Assembly (NCBI GenBank): GCA_964106915.2
Contig: OZ066915.1
Direction: 5' to 3' (one strand)
DNA length: 64,000 bases
Source of the DNA: Podarcis gaigeae
Taxonomy: Eukaryota
Below are positions 12,448 through 26,784 of the stretch, piece after piece; within the stretch, counting starts at the first letter, position 1; the number at the start of each line of letters is the position of its first letter. The notes beneath the pieces are model-generated. The model made no database searches. It was not told the DNA's origin and worked only from the letters and a program-made list of their open reading frames with translations. The translations under genes and the position numbers were made by a program.

Positions 12448-14196
12448 GTGAGTGAAAGGGGGCAGACTGCAGAGTTTGAAGTGCAGAGGACAAAAAGCAG
12501 GGCTGCATTCATGATCTTCATGTCCAATGTCCATGCTACATGGTGGGAATTGTGACTTAGAGCACAGTTTCCCTCTCTTCTTTCCTCTCTCTGTTTCAGA
12601 ATATTATTGTAAGAAAGAAAATGTGAAGAAAAAGAGGCTTTAGTTAAGAAAATATTATACTAGCAGGAGCGTTAACCAACAACCCCCCTCCCCTTTGTCT
12701 TCAAGTTCCTTCTGTGAGTGCACACTGTTCCATGGTGACTTCTCAAGTCTGGCTTCCTGAGGGCTTCATGCCAAGTCATACCAGCTGCCTACAATTGGTT
12801 TCTTTTATCTGTCCATATATAGCCAGCTCAGTGGGCTTTGTTGTGGATGATGGAATCTTAATTTAGCTCTCTGGACCCCCTTTCTCATCCTGGTGCCCTT
12901 TGAGTCTCCTTTGCTGTTACAGTGTCCCCATGACACCTATCATACCCTTCTTCTGTACTCCCTTGTTTTCGGTCCTTGATACTTGATTTTGCTATCGCCT
13001 TGCCCTTGCACTGACACTTGTCCGTACTTTCTGTCTAGCTCCCAAAACACCAGGAATAGGGCTCTCCTGCCCTGTTCATGCCTTGCCAGCATTAATAGAT
13101 CTGAAATGCTCCATCTGTGTGGAACACAAAATACAGAATCTGCAAGTGTTCCTACTTCATTTGGGCTTTGTAGAGCACATCACTGAAGAAAATATGTGCT
13201 AAGTTAAGATGCACTTTTATATAACGTTTGTCCAATCATCTGGTCATTTCAGGAGTTTGTTAGTGTTTGACTAGTTTCTCTTTTTGCTTGATTCCTTGGC
13301 TCTGGTATATGTCCCCTTTTGTGCATTCAAAAGCATTTTGCTCCTGGAATTATTTCTCTACACACAGTTGGTGGTGAAGGGCAGGTTTGTATTCTTGTCA
13401 TTTCTGATAACTGATCCAGGGCATTTAATCTCCTGCCCTCTCTCCTCCAGCATGCATCATGGAAAGGGATCCAATGAGAGAAGGTCTCAGCTTCCTTTTT
13501 GGTTGCACCTCCAGCTGTTGTGAAGCAGCAAAAACAGCTGAGTAAACTGGGGTTGGGAATCAAATTTAGGGAGATGTCATTTTAGTAACCTGAATAGAGC
13601 TATCTATGAAAGCAAATGCTGGATTATAAGGGTGACCATTTGCCTTCCATGGCAATTCTTTAGCAGTGATGGCTCTAGAGAAAATACCAACATATCCCCA
13701 AATTGCAGGGCTTCCAAGATATTCTTACAAAAGCTTTTACGGCAGACAGGTGTGCTTGCAACCACATAAATCTTACAGCTCCCCCCCCCCCCACCGCAAG
13801 CAAGGGAATTCTTGGTACTAATGATGAAAGTTACTGACATTAGATTTATGAACAGCCCAGGCCCAGAGTTTTTCAAAGTATGGTACACAGCTTCTCTTGG
13901 ACGGATGCATAGAGTTGTGTTCCTGACAACTTACAGGTCCAGTTACCTCAGCACACCAACGTTATGTGGGTGCAGAAATTTGGCGATAGTATGTGTATAA
14001 GAAAGCACTAGTGTATGTGTGACAGAATGTAATATGGGTGTAACTTGACCGGTAATATGGGTGTGTCACTAGATGAAACTCACCCTGTTCTTACACAGGA
14101 GAGGCCTAGGCTTAACTATTCATAGTAGGTTTTATATTTAAGTAGAGCAGCAAGGCGTTGCACTTCTGTCAAGGCTGCCCACTGTCCACTTACTCC

Positions 14197-14411
14197 TGGG
14201 GTTGCCGTATTTCAAAAAATAAAAACCAGGACACCCTGAAAGTTGAGTTTTTTTCTTTGTTTTTTTACAAAAATGCCCAGAAAACGTGATTTTTCAATTG
14301 ACTTTCCTAAGATTCAGGACACCGCCGCCTTTCAGAGGTTTCCCCCGGGCGTCAATTCAGCATTTGAAATCCTGGTAATGTCTGGGAAAATCCGGACGCA
14401 TGGCAGCCCTA
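14197..14411. mobile_element. hAT-like MITE with 8-bp TSD
   Basis: TIRs tggggttgccgta / catggcagcccta; flanks cttactcc / ctcactcc. Confidence 0.75.
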
Positions 14412-15214
14412 CTCACTCCCCACCTAGAGGATGAGGATAAGGCACTTCTAGAACAAAACTGTATGTTTCTTTACAGAGAAACTTTTAGCATTATTTTTCA
14501 GTCAAGTCTCAGGTAGACTTTTCCCACTTAAAATGGTTATCAGTGTTCTAACCTGCAACACCCACTCAGCCCCTTCTAGGATTTTACTTCCCCTCAGGGA
14601 ATCAAGACCAGTTTGTTCTGCCTATCTAACCCTTCTCAGACAGTTAACCATCTGCACCTGCCCACACTGGCTTTTAATTTTTCTTTCACCAAGAGTCAAA
14701 TCTCTATTTCACTGCTAAAACTGTCAGCATCTAACTTAAACTCCACACTCTCTTTCCTGATTTTCTGATGGACTCACCAGCTCTCACTGGTTGCAGGGTC
14801 ACTAGGAGGCAGACCCAGGGCCTGTCCATCACAATATGAGCTGGTTGTCTGGGAAAGCAAAATGATGTGAAAGAAGCTGGGCGGGTGAGATTTCCACATG
14901 AGTGAGGGACATGTAGTGTGGGGCAGGCAGCACTTCTCTGGTACTTTTTCCCCAGTAGGAGAGAGGATGTCATCCATAAGACTGGGATTTGCCAGTGCTG
15001 CATGCTTGCGGGGTTGGAAGGGAGGACATGCAGTATTCATTTATTTACCTGGCAAGAGTCTTTCCTGCACTGTTTTAAAATGGGCATCTGTTTTTTACAT
15101 TAAACGTATGTTAGAAAGCAGCATAATTGTCCCACAGCCTGTTACAAACAGTTCAAAATGAACCTCAGCACCATATAAAAAGGCTGCGCATTCCATTTTG
15201 CTTGGTGTTGTTAA

Positions 15215-15325
15215 AGTTTAATGTTTTACTATGTTTTTATATATGCTGGAAACTGCCTAGAGTGGCTGGGGCAACACAGTCAGATGGGAGGGGTACTACT
15301 ACTAGTAGTAGTAGTACTGCTACTA
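15215..15325 (+). mobile_element. L2-like LINE 3' tail
   Basis: ctgcctagagtggctggggcaacacagtcagatgggaggggta plus (TAG/TAC)n; reverse copy at ~58993-59053. Confidence 0.5.
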
Positions 15326-17039
15326 AGCATTCCTCCACGGAGTTTGTGGTGGCAAATATGGGAGTTATCCCATTTCCTCCTCATAATGGCCCTGGGAAGA
15401 AATCAACAATGTGCTGTGTTGAGCTTCCATTACAGCAAGCATGCCTGATGGAAGGATCCTCCTTTCCTTCCTCATGCACTGTTCTGAGGGTTATCCTGAC
15501 TCCCCCAGGGCCAATTGCAGGGGAGGCAGGGGAGGGAAGCTGCACTATGCAAACAGAAGTCCTTGCACAGGGCTTCTGCTGATGGGAAGATGAATCCCAC
15601 CCATTGTGTGGTAGGCTAGGCTGAGAAGAGTGACTTGCCCAAGGTCACCCAGTGAACTTCTCGGCTAATCAGGTATGTGAACGCAGGTCTTCACAACCAG
15701 CATCTATGGATCAACACAGCCACACTTTTGGACTCCAGAGTCTGTCATGATGAGCTCCTGCACTTGAAAATTTATCACTGTGCCATTGGGGGACACAGAA
15801 GAACTAGTCGTTTTGTGTGGAGGGTATCATTTCATAAAAGTTGAGAAGCACTACCTGCCTCTCAGTTTTGGGATGCCATAGTAAAGCAATTTTCCCTGCC
15901 TGTGATTTCAATTGCTATTCACCCTTTTCAAGCTGAGCTGTGTAAGTAAAGAACTCTTAAACTACCTCATTTTGCATTACAAATGAGGTGATACAAGGAA
16001 TAGAGCTCAGGACTCCAGCACTGTAGACTAAGAAGGCTTAGTTAATCAATCACATGGCCATGTTTCCTGCAGCAGCCTAGCAAACAGCTGCTTAACTCAC
16101 TGAGCTTTATGTCAACTTCTTTTCTACACTGACATGAAGATTTGGTTCCCTAGTTTTGGCCTGTGATACAGGACAAGCCACCATCACATCCAGTAAAAGA
16201 ATCTTAGTACCAAAGGCAGCAACGGATTCAGAATCCTTTTCTGAAGTTTGGATCATAACAAGCCTTAGAGTGTGAAGCATTGACTGAAGTTATTCAGAAC
16301 AGCTTTTATTTGGGGCATTGAACAGAATTTCAAGAAAATGTTAATCTATAGAAGTGGTCCTTTCCCTAGTGTTGTAGAACATTTACTGGTTTAAAACACG
16401 GACCCTACCTGATTGACACCAGTTAATTAATTTGGAAAGATTGGATAGAGAGGAGAGCCAAAGAGCTGATTTAGTACAAATCTGTATAACCACTAGGCCC
16501 ATGTGTGCTTCTTGCTGACTCGTTCCACAGGTCTTCTGATCTGAGCAGGTCATTTGACTCATTTGTCGTGATTCAAAGTGGCAGTGTCTGCATGCCACAA
16601 TAAACCACATCAGTAGCTGCTGGCCTGCCAGGAGGAGCCATCATAGACTGAAGAAACAAGCAGCTTTTGTTCTTACAGTTATTCTTATAACTATGTAGTT
16701 TAATGTTTTTGTGAGCCAGCTTGAGACTTGCTTTTCAGCTGTAAGGTGGGACTTACGATTTAAAATAAATAAAATGGAATAATATATGCACAAGTTGAGC
16801 AAATGTTGACAGAGATGAAATGCCTAGAAGCTGTTTGATTGCATCTTAAGTGCATTCCGTAAATCTTCATTTTCAACCTTGGCTAACACTGTTTTGTGTG
16901 ACCACAAAAGGATTCCATAACTGATCAGGAAAGGTACAGCAAAATGTGAGCCCTGAACTGAACAATCAGGACTTGTTTGAGAGCGGTAGATGTATTAATC
17001 TGTTGCAGGAAAAACAACATGCCTATGGCATCTTAACTT

Positions 17040-17130
17040 GCAGTGTAAGCCTAAACATGTCTACTCAGAAATAAGTCCCATTGAGTTCATTGGGACTTAC
17101 TTCCAGGTAGGTGTGTATAGGATTGCAGCC
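17040..17130. repeat. Palindromic short interspersed repeat
   Basis: Core taagtcccattgagttcattgggactta flanked by imperfect inverted arms; degraded relatives at ~1965-2045 and ~7025-7090. Confidence 0.55.
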
Positions 17131-17847
17131 TTAGTTGTTGTTATACAGGTTTTCTGGGTCAGACCTTTTTTTGTCAGATGCATCAGTACGGAGACCCACA
17201 GTGAAGTAACAGTTGCATGGCACATACTACACGTGTTCAGATTTTCACTCTTCCACTCAACCAATGTCATAGTTGTGAATTTTAATGTTCAGGAGCTCCT
17301 GACACCCCTTATAGCTCATCCACAAGGAGAATCCAAAAAGTCCTATACATAATTTTCGGGGGGAAGCTATGTTGAACTCTGAGGATTACTTCTAATGGTA
17401 TAGTTTCAGTTTATTAAATGCATTGAGCTTTAGCAAAAGATCTTCAGCCAGCTGAAAGGCTATCTTTTGCTTTACCAGAAATGCAGACAATCTTACAGGA
17501 AAGCAGGGACTCCATCAAAGAAAAGAAAATATGTGTATGCCCTCTGCTTGATTAGTTTCCTCATACTCTGACTTCCTTTATGGTGATACACGACAAACTT
17601 GAAAGCCTCACAAACATATTGCCTCATTCACTTGCCAGAGCAAGCAAGGTCTGTCAGTTATCCTGGTGCTCTGGCAGATGACATTGTTGCTCCTGCCCTG
17701 AAAAACGTACCAGGGGGTGTTCCCCCTCCATTATACCACTGCACCCTACCCACATTTCAGCTCTCTTTTAGGATGAGGTTGGTCCCATCAAAAATTTACA
17801 TGGCAACTTTTGAAAGCAAAATCTGTGTGGCTAAACAATAATGGAAA

Positions 17848-17992
17848 GGAGCTTCCTGCACTCAAGTAGAAGCTGCGTCGGACATTCGGCTTCCAAAAAA
17901 ACATTTGCAAACCGGAACACTTCCGGGTTTGTGACATTTGGGAGCTGATTTGTTCGACAACTAAGCTGTTCAAGAACCAAGGTACCACTGTA
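17848..17992 (+). mobile_element. Tc1/mariner-like MITE, right half
   Basis: Ends gttcaagaaccaaggtaccactg-TA; internal ggagcttcctgcactcaa shared with the 62947 copy. Confidence 0.65.
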
Positions 17993-18829
17993 CTTGCAAA
18001 TCTTGCTGTCGTTATGCTATTAAAACTTGCTCTATTCTTTGACCAACTGAGAACAGAAAACTCCGTTTTCTTTGAATCTCTCTTTCTCCAAGCTTTGTGG
18101 AAGAGTAGGTATCGGGTCAGTACCCACTATAATAGAAAAGCCTACAGAATTTTGGTTGTTAGGACAGATACCTACATTCTGTTCCCCCCACTTGAGCTGT
18201 TTGAAGGAGCCATAGTATGTCAGTGTAGAGCTCTATGAAGTAAATATGTGCTTCAAAGGGGTGGACCCAAGCCTGTGCATGGAGCCAGTCCTCACCCTAT
18301 ATCACTTTTCAATGAATAATTTGCTCTTGAATGAAAACAAACATCTCTCAGACAAAGCTGTGCAGGGTGTGAGACAAATTGCTGCACTTCGCTAAGTAAA
18401 CAACCTGTTTCAGAGTAATGTGCTAGGAGCATCTGTCAGGTGATAGGGGCTTGAGCCAATTTCCTCACCTGGCAATATTCTTTCTTCACTGCAACAATAA
18501 GATAAGTTCAAATCTTTGCCAATGCAGTACTGGAGGGGAGACATGAGGAAGAAAACACTCACATTCCAGTGGGGATGAATTATTGTGACTGCATGAGTGT
18601 ACTGCATACATTAACCTGAGTACACATCTAAGGAACATTTTTAAGATTTGAGTTACTTAGCCCCCAAATTCAAGTATAAGCTGCTGTTAGGGTTCTTCTA
18701 ACAGTGGCCAGGTGACCTCCTCCATGGGCTGGTGAGGAATCACATGTAGCACAAAAGCTCTGGGTCCTGGAGTCTGGAAAGAACATTCACCCTTTCAGAC
18801 CATTTTACTGTTTAAACTACTTTTTGCAG

Positions 18830-18969
18830 ACCCAGCGTTTGTCCATGCACAGCTCATTCCAGACAGCGCAGAGAGGAATGATGACAAGCTCTATTTCTTC
18901 TTCCGAGAGAAATCTACTGATTCCCCACAGAGTCCTGTTGTCTACTCCCGCATTGGTCGCATTTGCCTG
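18830..18969 (+). CDS. SEMA3F: SEMA3F coding exon 9
   Basis: ttgcag|AC...CTG|gtaggt; 140 nt; PAFVHAQLIPDSAERNDDKLYFFFREKSTDSPQSPVVYSRIGRICL. Confidence 0.95.
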
Positions 18970-19149
18970 GTAGGTCTTGAGGATGAATGAACATAGGTTT
19001 GGTTGAGAGTTTACTATAAATTCCATGTATTTGGCCCCTTCTCTATAATACCATTAACAAGGAGTTCCTGGCACTGTCTGGGAATTTTTTGAAACCAATA
19101 AATACTGTGATTTTTAAATAGTGTAATTTGTGAATTTGCCTCCTTCACC

Positions 19150-19545
19150 CCCAAAACTGAGTAAAGTCATGTTTTGGCCCACCATCTTGAATCAAAATTG
19201 GCACCCAGCACTCCAAAATCAACAACAACCTCAGTAACCTTTGTGCCAAGTGTGATGATGAAATCTCAAGAGGCAGCCAAACCTATGTAAAAAATGAGCA
19301 CAGTCACCCTGAAGTCCCATTTAAGTCCACCATCTTGGTTCAAAATGGCACATGGCACCCAAGCATCAAATTAGACCCCCACTTCTGCCTCAGAAATCCT
19401 TGTGTCAAGTTTGGCAATAATATATTGAGAGGTGTCTGAATGTATAGAGAACAAATAAACAAAAGAACAAATAAACAAGGTGTCAATGTATACAGAATGA
19501 ATGAACAGATAGACGACAAACCGCTTTCCAAAATATATAGTAGAT
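19150..19545 (+). mobile_element. Putative non-autonomous Helitron-like repeat with internal ~150-nt duplication
   Basis: Two copies of ccaccatcttg..tcaaaat.ggc (19179, 19327) and tgtg.caagt.tg; ACAA/ACAG-like repeats; end aaatatatagtagat. Confidence 0.4.
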
Positions 19546-19876
19546 CACCAACATCTCTTGTGAATGGCAGAAGCCATTGTTGCTCTGAGCTCCTCCAGTG
19601 CCACTGTTTTCTGCTTCCTCCTTCCTATATTGTCCTCTTTGGTATAGCTTGTGAATAGCTGGGAGTCTGGAGTAATTGGGCACTCCTTTGTGGTCATTAC
19701 TCTTTGCCCTATTTCTGTTGTGTCCCACTGTACAGAAGTGTACAGAATAAAAGTTGTGTGTCTGATAGCCCAATCCTAGCTGTGCACACTACAAACACTG
19801 ATGTGGCTGCAGGCAAAAGCACTGTAGCTTTCATAACACTTTTTGTATCCCAGAACACTGCTTTCCTTTTATTTAG

Positions 19877-20050
<174 letters not shown>

Positions 20051-20402
20051 TAAATGCTAAGTGACCTGACATCTTAATAGGGGCCTTGACTAGTGGAGGC
20101 ATAGACATTTAATGATCTCCACCTAATGGCCTTTGGGCTGGGTCTACTCTCCAGAGCTCCTATCAGCTCTCCCTAAATTTTAATCAAGGTACAGTCAGAA
20201 GTTTGCACACCATTTTCACTGAATCCCCCTGCCCCCGCAAATATTAGGAATAGAAATACACTTCACAGCAACATTACACATTTCCTGTGGATTGTGTATG
20301 TTGCATGCCCATATTTCTATGTAGTGCTGTTCCTAAGCACATAATTGTGAAGCCCTGCCTGGTAAGTGATGGTAATGTTACTACACAGCCCAAATACCCA
20401 TA

Positions 20403-20518
20403 CTGGTGATCTGTGCATCAGTCTACACTTCTGGTGGTCTGCGCAGCAGTCTGTACTTCTGGTGGTCTGTGCAGCAGTCTGTTCTTCTGGTGGTCTGTGC
20501 AGCAGTCTACACTTCTGG
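20403..20518. repeat. Minisatellite, 28-bp unit x4
   Basis: ctggtggtctgtgcagcagtctacactt repeated four times with 1-3 mismatches each. Confidence 0.9.
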
Positions 20519-22756
20519 CACCCAGGCTTCCCTGTGAAGAATAGAGTGGTCCTCAATGAATACAGAAGTTGGCCAATGTACTCGATGCTTCTTTTTTTAA
20601 AAATCAAGAATTACCTGGGCTTATACATGTCTGCAAGTTATCCATTCTAAACTAATAGCCTACCCTCTAAACTCAGATGTGATTAAATCTGATGATACCT
20701 AAGTGGGACTAGTTCTGAAGAAACTTGACTCAAATGTAGCACTGAAAATTTCACCTACCTTACTGGGGTGCTGATGGCAAAAATCTATAACTAATAGTCT
20801 CCTGGGGCTTGACAGAACAAGGAATACAAGGTGCCCAGTACTTGACCTCCGGATCACTGTATATAGGAAAATTGCAATGTTTGTGGAGAAGGCAGTTGGT
20901 TTTTATGGCTTGAAGAGATCTTCGTAATTATCTAGTATAGTTCTCTAAGGATCTGCCACAACCCTAACTTTCCTAGCAGATTTCCCATTATAATAGAAAA
21001 ATATTCAGCTAATTTTCAGTGTGCCACAATCAGATAAAATAATACCCAAGGCTCTCAAAGCCATATGCTTCTTGATATGATGCACTTGTTCGGATAAGTA
21101 AAATATTGACATTTAGCCAAAGCTGTAGGAAAACTAACAGTGGCATCTGAGCAGGTTGATGATATTGTAAAAGGCAGTTTGGAGGAAAGCCACATGTGCT
21201 TAAATGAAAGGGCTGAGATAGAAGAAGAAAGGAAGAGGTTAAGAAACAGCAATGCCTTTTTCATTAACGTTTTCTTTTAACGTTTTGGGTTTGTCGGGCA
21301 GTATGCTTCAGTAAAAAGGCCCTTCAAACAAATTTTGCTTTTCTTAAAGCAAACGTTTTAAACAAAAGCAGAAAATATATCCTTGCATATTAGGCAATGC
21401 TGTAAAAGCTCATTCCAAACAAGGTTTTCAGCTTAATTTTGAAATTGGAGCTGAGGTCCATCACAAGTACTTTTGTGATGCTTCATTAACAAGCTTTCAG
21501 CAACTATCAAAAAATGGGGAGAGAGATCCCACTGCGAAAATGCTGTGTGGAAGCCCATTCACACAAGGAGTCAGCTTGACTTGGTCTTGCTGTTTTCGGG
21601 GGTAGGAGAAAATGAAGGCATCCAACATTGGCATAGTTGAGGTTGGGGATCCCATTCTTGGCAAAGGCAGCAGACCCACCTCCTAGTAGGCTGTCATCCA
21701 GTTTTCTCTCAACACAGGCCAGACAGATGGCTGCTGGTCATTCTGCGAGCAACCCCAGTGAGGCTTTTATCACCTTCAGTGGCCTTTGATGGATTGTCTC
21801 CTACTAGAGAGCAAATTAGCACTGTCCCTTTCCCTACAATTGCTTTGCTTCCCACAATCACTACCAGATGGTCTGTAGGATACCTTGATTTCCTGACTTC
21901 TCTTGGAGAGGGAATGAACTCCGAGCCTCACCATAGCCATTGTTCTTGCCTGAGTGAGAGTGTTCTCTTCTGCCACAGCTGGGGCTGAATTAGAAGTGAC
22001 AACTATGGGACGCTCTTGTGCAGGCCTTACTGTGGAATCGCAATGTGAATCTAAATGAGAAAGAAACCTGAGCACATCTCTGCCTGATATGAAAGTCGTA
22101 TAAATAGGCAATTCAATCCTACTGACATGACTTACCATTCTTTTTATTAGAAAGAACAAAAGTTTTTATTAGCTACTATTAAGGACATTAGTTGGAACGC
22201 ACGTCATAACAAATTAACTTGACCTGGCTTAACTATGGCCACCGTCTGGCTTGACTAATGTCTGGCATAGTCAACTGTGGTCCTATATCTGCTTGACCCT
22301 GACCCAAGGTCTGGGCTGGGCCAGCTTGCCTTTCCAAGTTTCCTGATTTATTTGCCTCACTTCACTCAAGGCGAAATTAGATGTTAGAAGTTTTTTCACC
22401 TTCTTCCCAGTAGCACGGGTGAAACATAAAATGTATAGCATGGCATCTTCATAACGTGTGTATCTGCACCTGCCTCATCTCAGTGGCTGTAGCCAGAAAG
22501 AAAATGCCCAGCGCAATGGCATCACTCCACATGGTGTGTTGTATTAGACGTTATCAAAAAAAGGGGAGGAAATAGACACAGAGCAGCAGCAGCAGCAGAC
22601 ATGTGTCTTTTGTCATGCCCAATTCTGACCTCGGTGAATTGGTTCGGTTTTGACTATCTCAAGGCAACACTGTATTCAGTTCTTCTTTTCAGACCCCTGC
22701 CCCCCTCCAAAAAACCACGCCATCATGAGTTGCTAACTCTCTCCTTTCTCTTCAAG

Positions 22757-22826
22757 AGGACGTCTTCATCCAGCAGACCCAGGATGTGAAGAACCCCATA
22801 ATTTATGCTGTTTTTGCTGCCTCTGG
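22757..22826 (+). CDS. SEMA3F: SEMA3F coding exon 11
   Basis: ttcaag|AG...TCT GG|gtgagt; 70 nt; DVFIQQTQDVKNPIIYAVFAAS. Confidence 0.93.
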
Positions 22827-23645
22827 GTGAGTGCTCTGGGAACAGAATTTGGAGACCTTCCTTCCATGCTCATGCCTGTTCACGCTCACAACTTTACAAG
22901 GCAAAACCCCAGATTTAACTCTGAAACAGAAAAACTTCCAAAAGCAGACACCATTCCATCTTGTGGTGATGTGTTCCATTTCTAGCCAAGAAGGGAACGT
23001 GGTCTTAGACAGGGTCACCTTGGAATTTTCTGGCAGAGCTGGAATACAGCCCAGAAGCACTTGCTTGCCAAGCTTGGGGTTTTCCCACAAACTTAGCTAT
23101 GGCAGCTGTAGTTGATGACTTGATCCCCTGGGGAAGGCAGGTGGAGTACGTACATACACACACATCAGGATCTATTTACGCCTCTGCGGGGTCAAGAGGG
23201 CGTCAGGTCCTTTGTTAAACCAGCAAGCAGCAGCAGCTTATGCCATTTTTCTCAGTGCTTGTGGTTGGAACAACTAATCCTGGAATGTTATAACTTGGGG
23301 ACGTGGCCTGATAACTCTCCAGCAGCTGCTTGAGGCTGGCCCCAGAGCACCAAAATTGCATTGTCTTATCCTACCCACCCCCACCTCTTTTCTGGCTTGG
23401 TGCTCTGTGCCAGGCAGGAAATCCCTGTTTCTCTGGGGTCTATGTCATTGCACATGTTCACAAAGGTTTAAGGACATTTCAAGGGCTTGCCAGCAGCCAA
23501 GGCTGAGCAGAGATGCACAACATGTTTCCCCTTTGCAGCTGTGACAGCCAAGAGGTCAGGATGCCTGAGAATATCTGCTGAAGGCAAGGATGGAACATTG
23601 CAGCCAGCTTTTGTATGTGAAGGACATAGCCACCCTTTGGACTAA

Positions 23646-23843
<198 letters not shown>

Positions 23844-25940
23844 TGATCACTTATTTCTATGGCTCTGTCCCCACTCCAGTGCAAATATGTTTTTCAACAT
23901 TCAAAGCCCAGAGGTTTTGTAAATGCTTATCTGTCCTTGGTCATACATTCAATGTTGCAATGTCAAGATGCTTGGAAGAGTGTACATGTGAAACAGACTG
24001 CTCCCTTTTACATGCACCTTTGGCTTCCTGTATGGTGCAAGGAATCACATTGAGCCTTGCTCATTGGCAGTGCACAGGCTTTACGAGCAGAAGGTTCATT
24101 CCTTGGCATTTCTACTTAAAGGATGTTAAGAAGCAAGGCTGAGAAATACCTCCATCTGAGACTCTGGAGACCTGATGCCTGTTGAAGCAAAGAGTTCCAG
24201 TTTAGAAAGGCCAATGAGTCACAAAACATAATTGAATGCAGAGAAGAGCTTATTCATACAGAACAAAATTCAGTGTATTTTGAACCTATTGGTTCTTCCT
24301 CGGGGGATTTTGCATGCCATAAAAATTTATTCTAAGCCAGAAAAGTTGGGCTTGGCTCCACAGTTGGTGGAACAATGGTCTGATTCTGTAGAAAGAAGCT
24401 TCAGATGTTCAGTTTTAAATGAATGCATGTAAGGTAATATTTGTCATTTAATAATAATTCAGAAAAAAACATACTTATTGAATGGTAGGCCTGGGGAGGA
24501 ACCATAGATTGGTGGCAGAGCACATGCAGAAGGGCCAAGCTGGGATTCTTTGTATTGCCAGCTAAAAGGATTTCTGGTTAGCAGGACTAGAGTGTACAAC
24601 TGCCAGAGGCCTTGGAGGACCACTTCCAACCAGTATATGCCATACTGTGCTGGATTGTCCAGTGGCATTAACACAATATGTACATGAGTACTTCCTCTTC
24701 TGCACTGTTGGAGGTTGCAGTGAAGGAACTTATTGGTGATGCTTGCGGGTGAGAAGTCTTAGGCTGCGCTTCTTGTTTAACACAGCCTCTCCCTAGCCCA
24801 ACATTCCCCTCCTCATTCTTCCTGCTCTGATTCCCTCTCCCTCTCCATCTCTGCACTGTTCTGCCTTCTTCTTCTCCTCCAGCTTCCTTTGGTATCCATA
24901 TCCTTTGGTGCACTGCAGCCAACAGCTTTTCAGCCCCACTCACTGCTTGACATTTGGCCACGGTGTGGGAGGCTGATTAGTGTTTCCTCTCCAGGTTGGT
25001 GGTCTCTGGACTCATTTGCTGGCATCCCTTCCTTGTTGGCAAAATACCCACAAATAAGGAGAACTCATTGCTTCATTTTACTGGCTGAGAGAATTCAGCT
25101 CTCTGGTCTCTTTTGCACATACATCCTGGAGGGCCAAAAAGAGCCAGATACAGCCTTGGCCGTACAGATACAGCTATGGAGAGGCCTCCAAAAACACAAA
25201 GCACAGGCTGTGTTTGGCTCTCACTGCTCAGCAGCTGGGTCATATAGGATTCAGAGGTTTGTGTGAGCATTACTAAAAACACCGAGGAATAATGTCCCTT
25301 TCAGCAAAAGTAACAGACTTTCAAAAGTGTATCCCTCAGTCCTAGAAAACATCCAAGGGGTACCGTATTGAGCTGCATGTTAAAGAAACTGATATCAGCT
25401 TGGGTGAGATGTTCACAGAGTGGAGATCTTACAATCCAGTTCTGTATACTGGGCAACCCTGGTTCCATCCAAAGACTCATTATCTGCCACCCAAACAAGA
25501 TAAAAGTGGAAGCCTGTTTAAGTGCCTCTTCTCCACAGAATGAAAAGCAACATAGGCACTGACAGGGACGTCTCCTGATGCACCCCAAGAGCCAACTCCC
25601 ATACTCACATGAGAGAGAATTCAGCTGTGAAAAGCAGCCTTAAGACATTTTTTGAGGCTGCAGCCTTCGCATGGGTTGGCCACTTGAGAACAGAATGCTG
25701 GACTAGGTGGGCCACTGGCCAGAACCAGCAGGGCTGCTCTTATATTTATTGGGGTGGCCCTTGGGATCAAGTTCTATTGGGAGGCTGATGGGAAGCACCT
25801 GTGGGCTAGACTGCGTTTACAGACAGTAAGTTATTCCTGTTTTGTAGCATGGGCATATAAGAGCAATTCATGCATTGGTAGGGTGGTTGACTGCAACAAA
25901 TATCACAATTTGACTCTGTATTTCTCCCTTGGGTTTTCAG

Positions 25941-26163
25941 TGCCCAGGAGGGACATTCACACCCTTGATGAAGTCAACCAAGGACTACCCAGATGAGGTC
26001 ATCAACTTTATGCGCACTCATCCCATGATGTACAATGGCGTGTACCCCATACACCGCCAGCCACTAGTGGTGAGGACCAACGTCAACTACAAGTTCACAA
26101 CTATTGCCGTGGACCAGGTGGATGCAGCTGACGGGCGCTATGAGGTGCTTTTCCTGGGCACAG
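25941..26163 (+). CDS. SEMA3F: SEMA3F coding exon 13
   Basis: tttcag|TGC...ACA G|gtaccc; 223 nt; CPGGTFTPLMKSTKDYPDEVINFMRTHP...ADGRYEVLFLGT. Confidence 0.95.
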
Positions 26164-26784
26164 GTACCCACTGATGTGCACTGAAGAGAATACACAAACA
26201 CCTCCCACCCTCCAACATTCCCCTAGCCTGGACAAATAGCACTTGGGTTGGTTCGCTGGGGCAACCACCTGGGACTAGCTTTCTAGGGATATTCAGCTCT
26301 GATAAGATTTCGCAGCAAGTTGGAAGGTAATGATGGGAACTGGAGAGTCCAGCTTTCAGTGTTCCATTCACATGAGATACGGTTTCAGGAGTGCAGAAGC
26401 ACATTTGGAATTCCTTTTGTTGCAAGATCTATGCCAAGAGGAGAAATAGGGATTCAGGTCACATTCCAGAACCAAAACTGATTCCTCTTTTCCTATTAAT
26501 TGGTGCCTACAGACCCATGCCAGATGCAAGGACCAGGTGGTCTCTCGGTACTGAGCAAATATAAAACTCTCCTGAGCACCTGTGATGTGGAACATATAAG
26601 AACTCCCTTGTCATAGACTGTCATCTAGTTCAGCCTCTTGTTTTCAACAATAGCCAGTCAGAAGCTCAACCTTGCCTTTATATCTCTAAGCAAATAAGTG
26701 GAAGAGAACCCTTTTTCTTTTAGTAGAATCAGCATTCACCCCCCGCCCCCAGCCTTGAGAACAGATGGACTCCTCACAAGGTAA

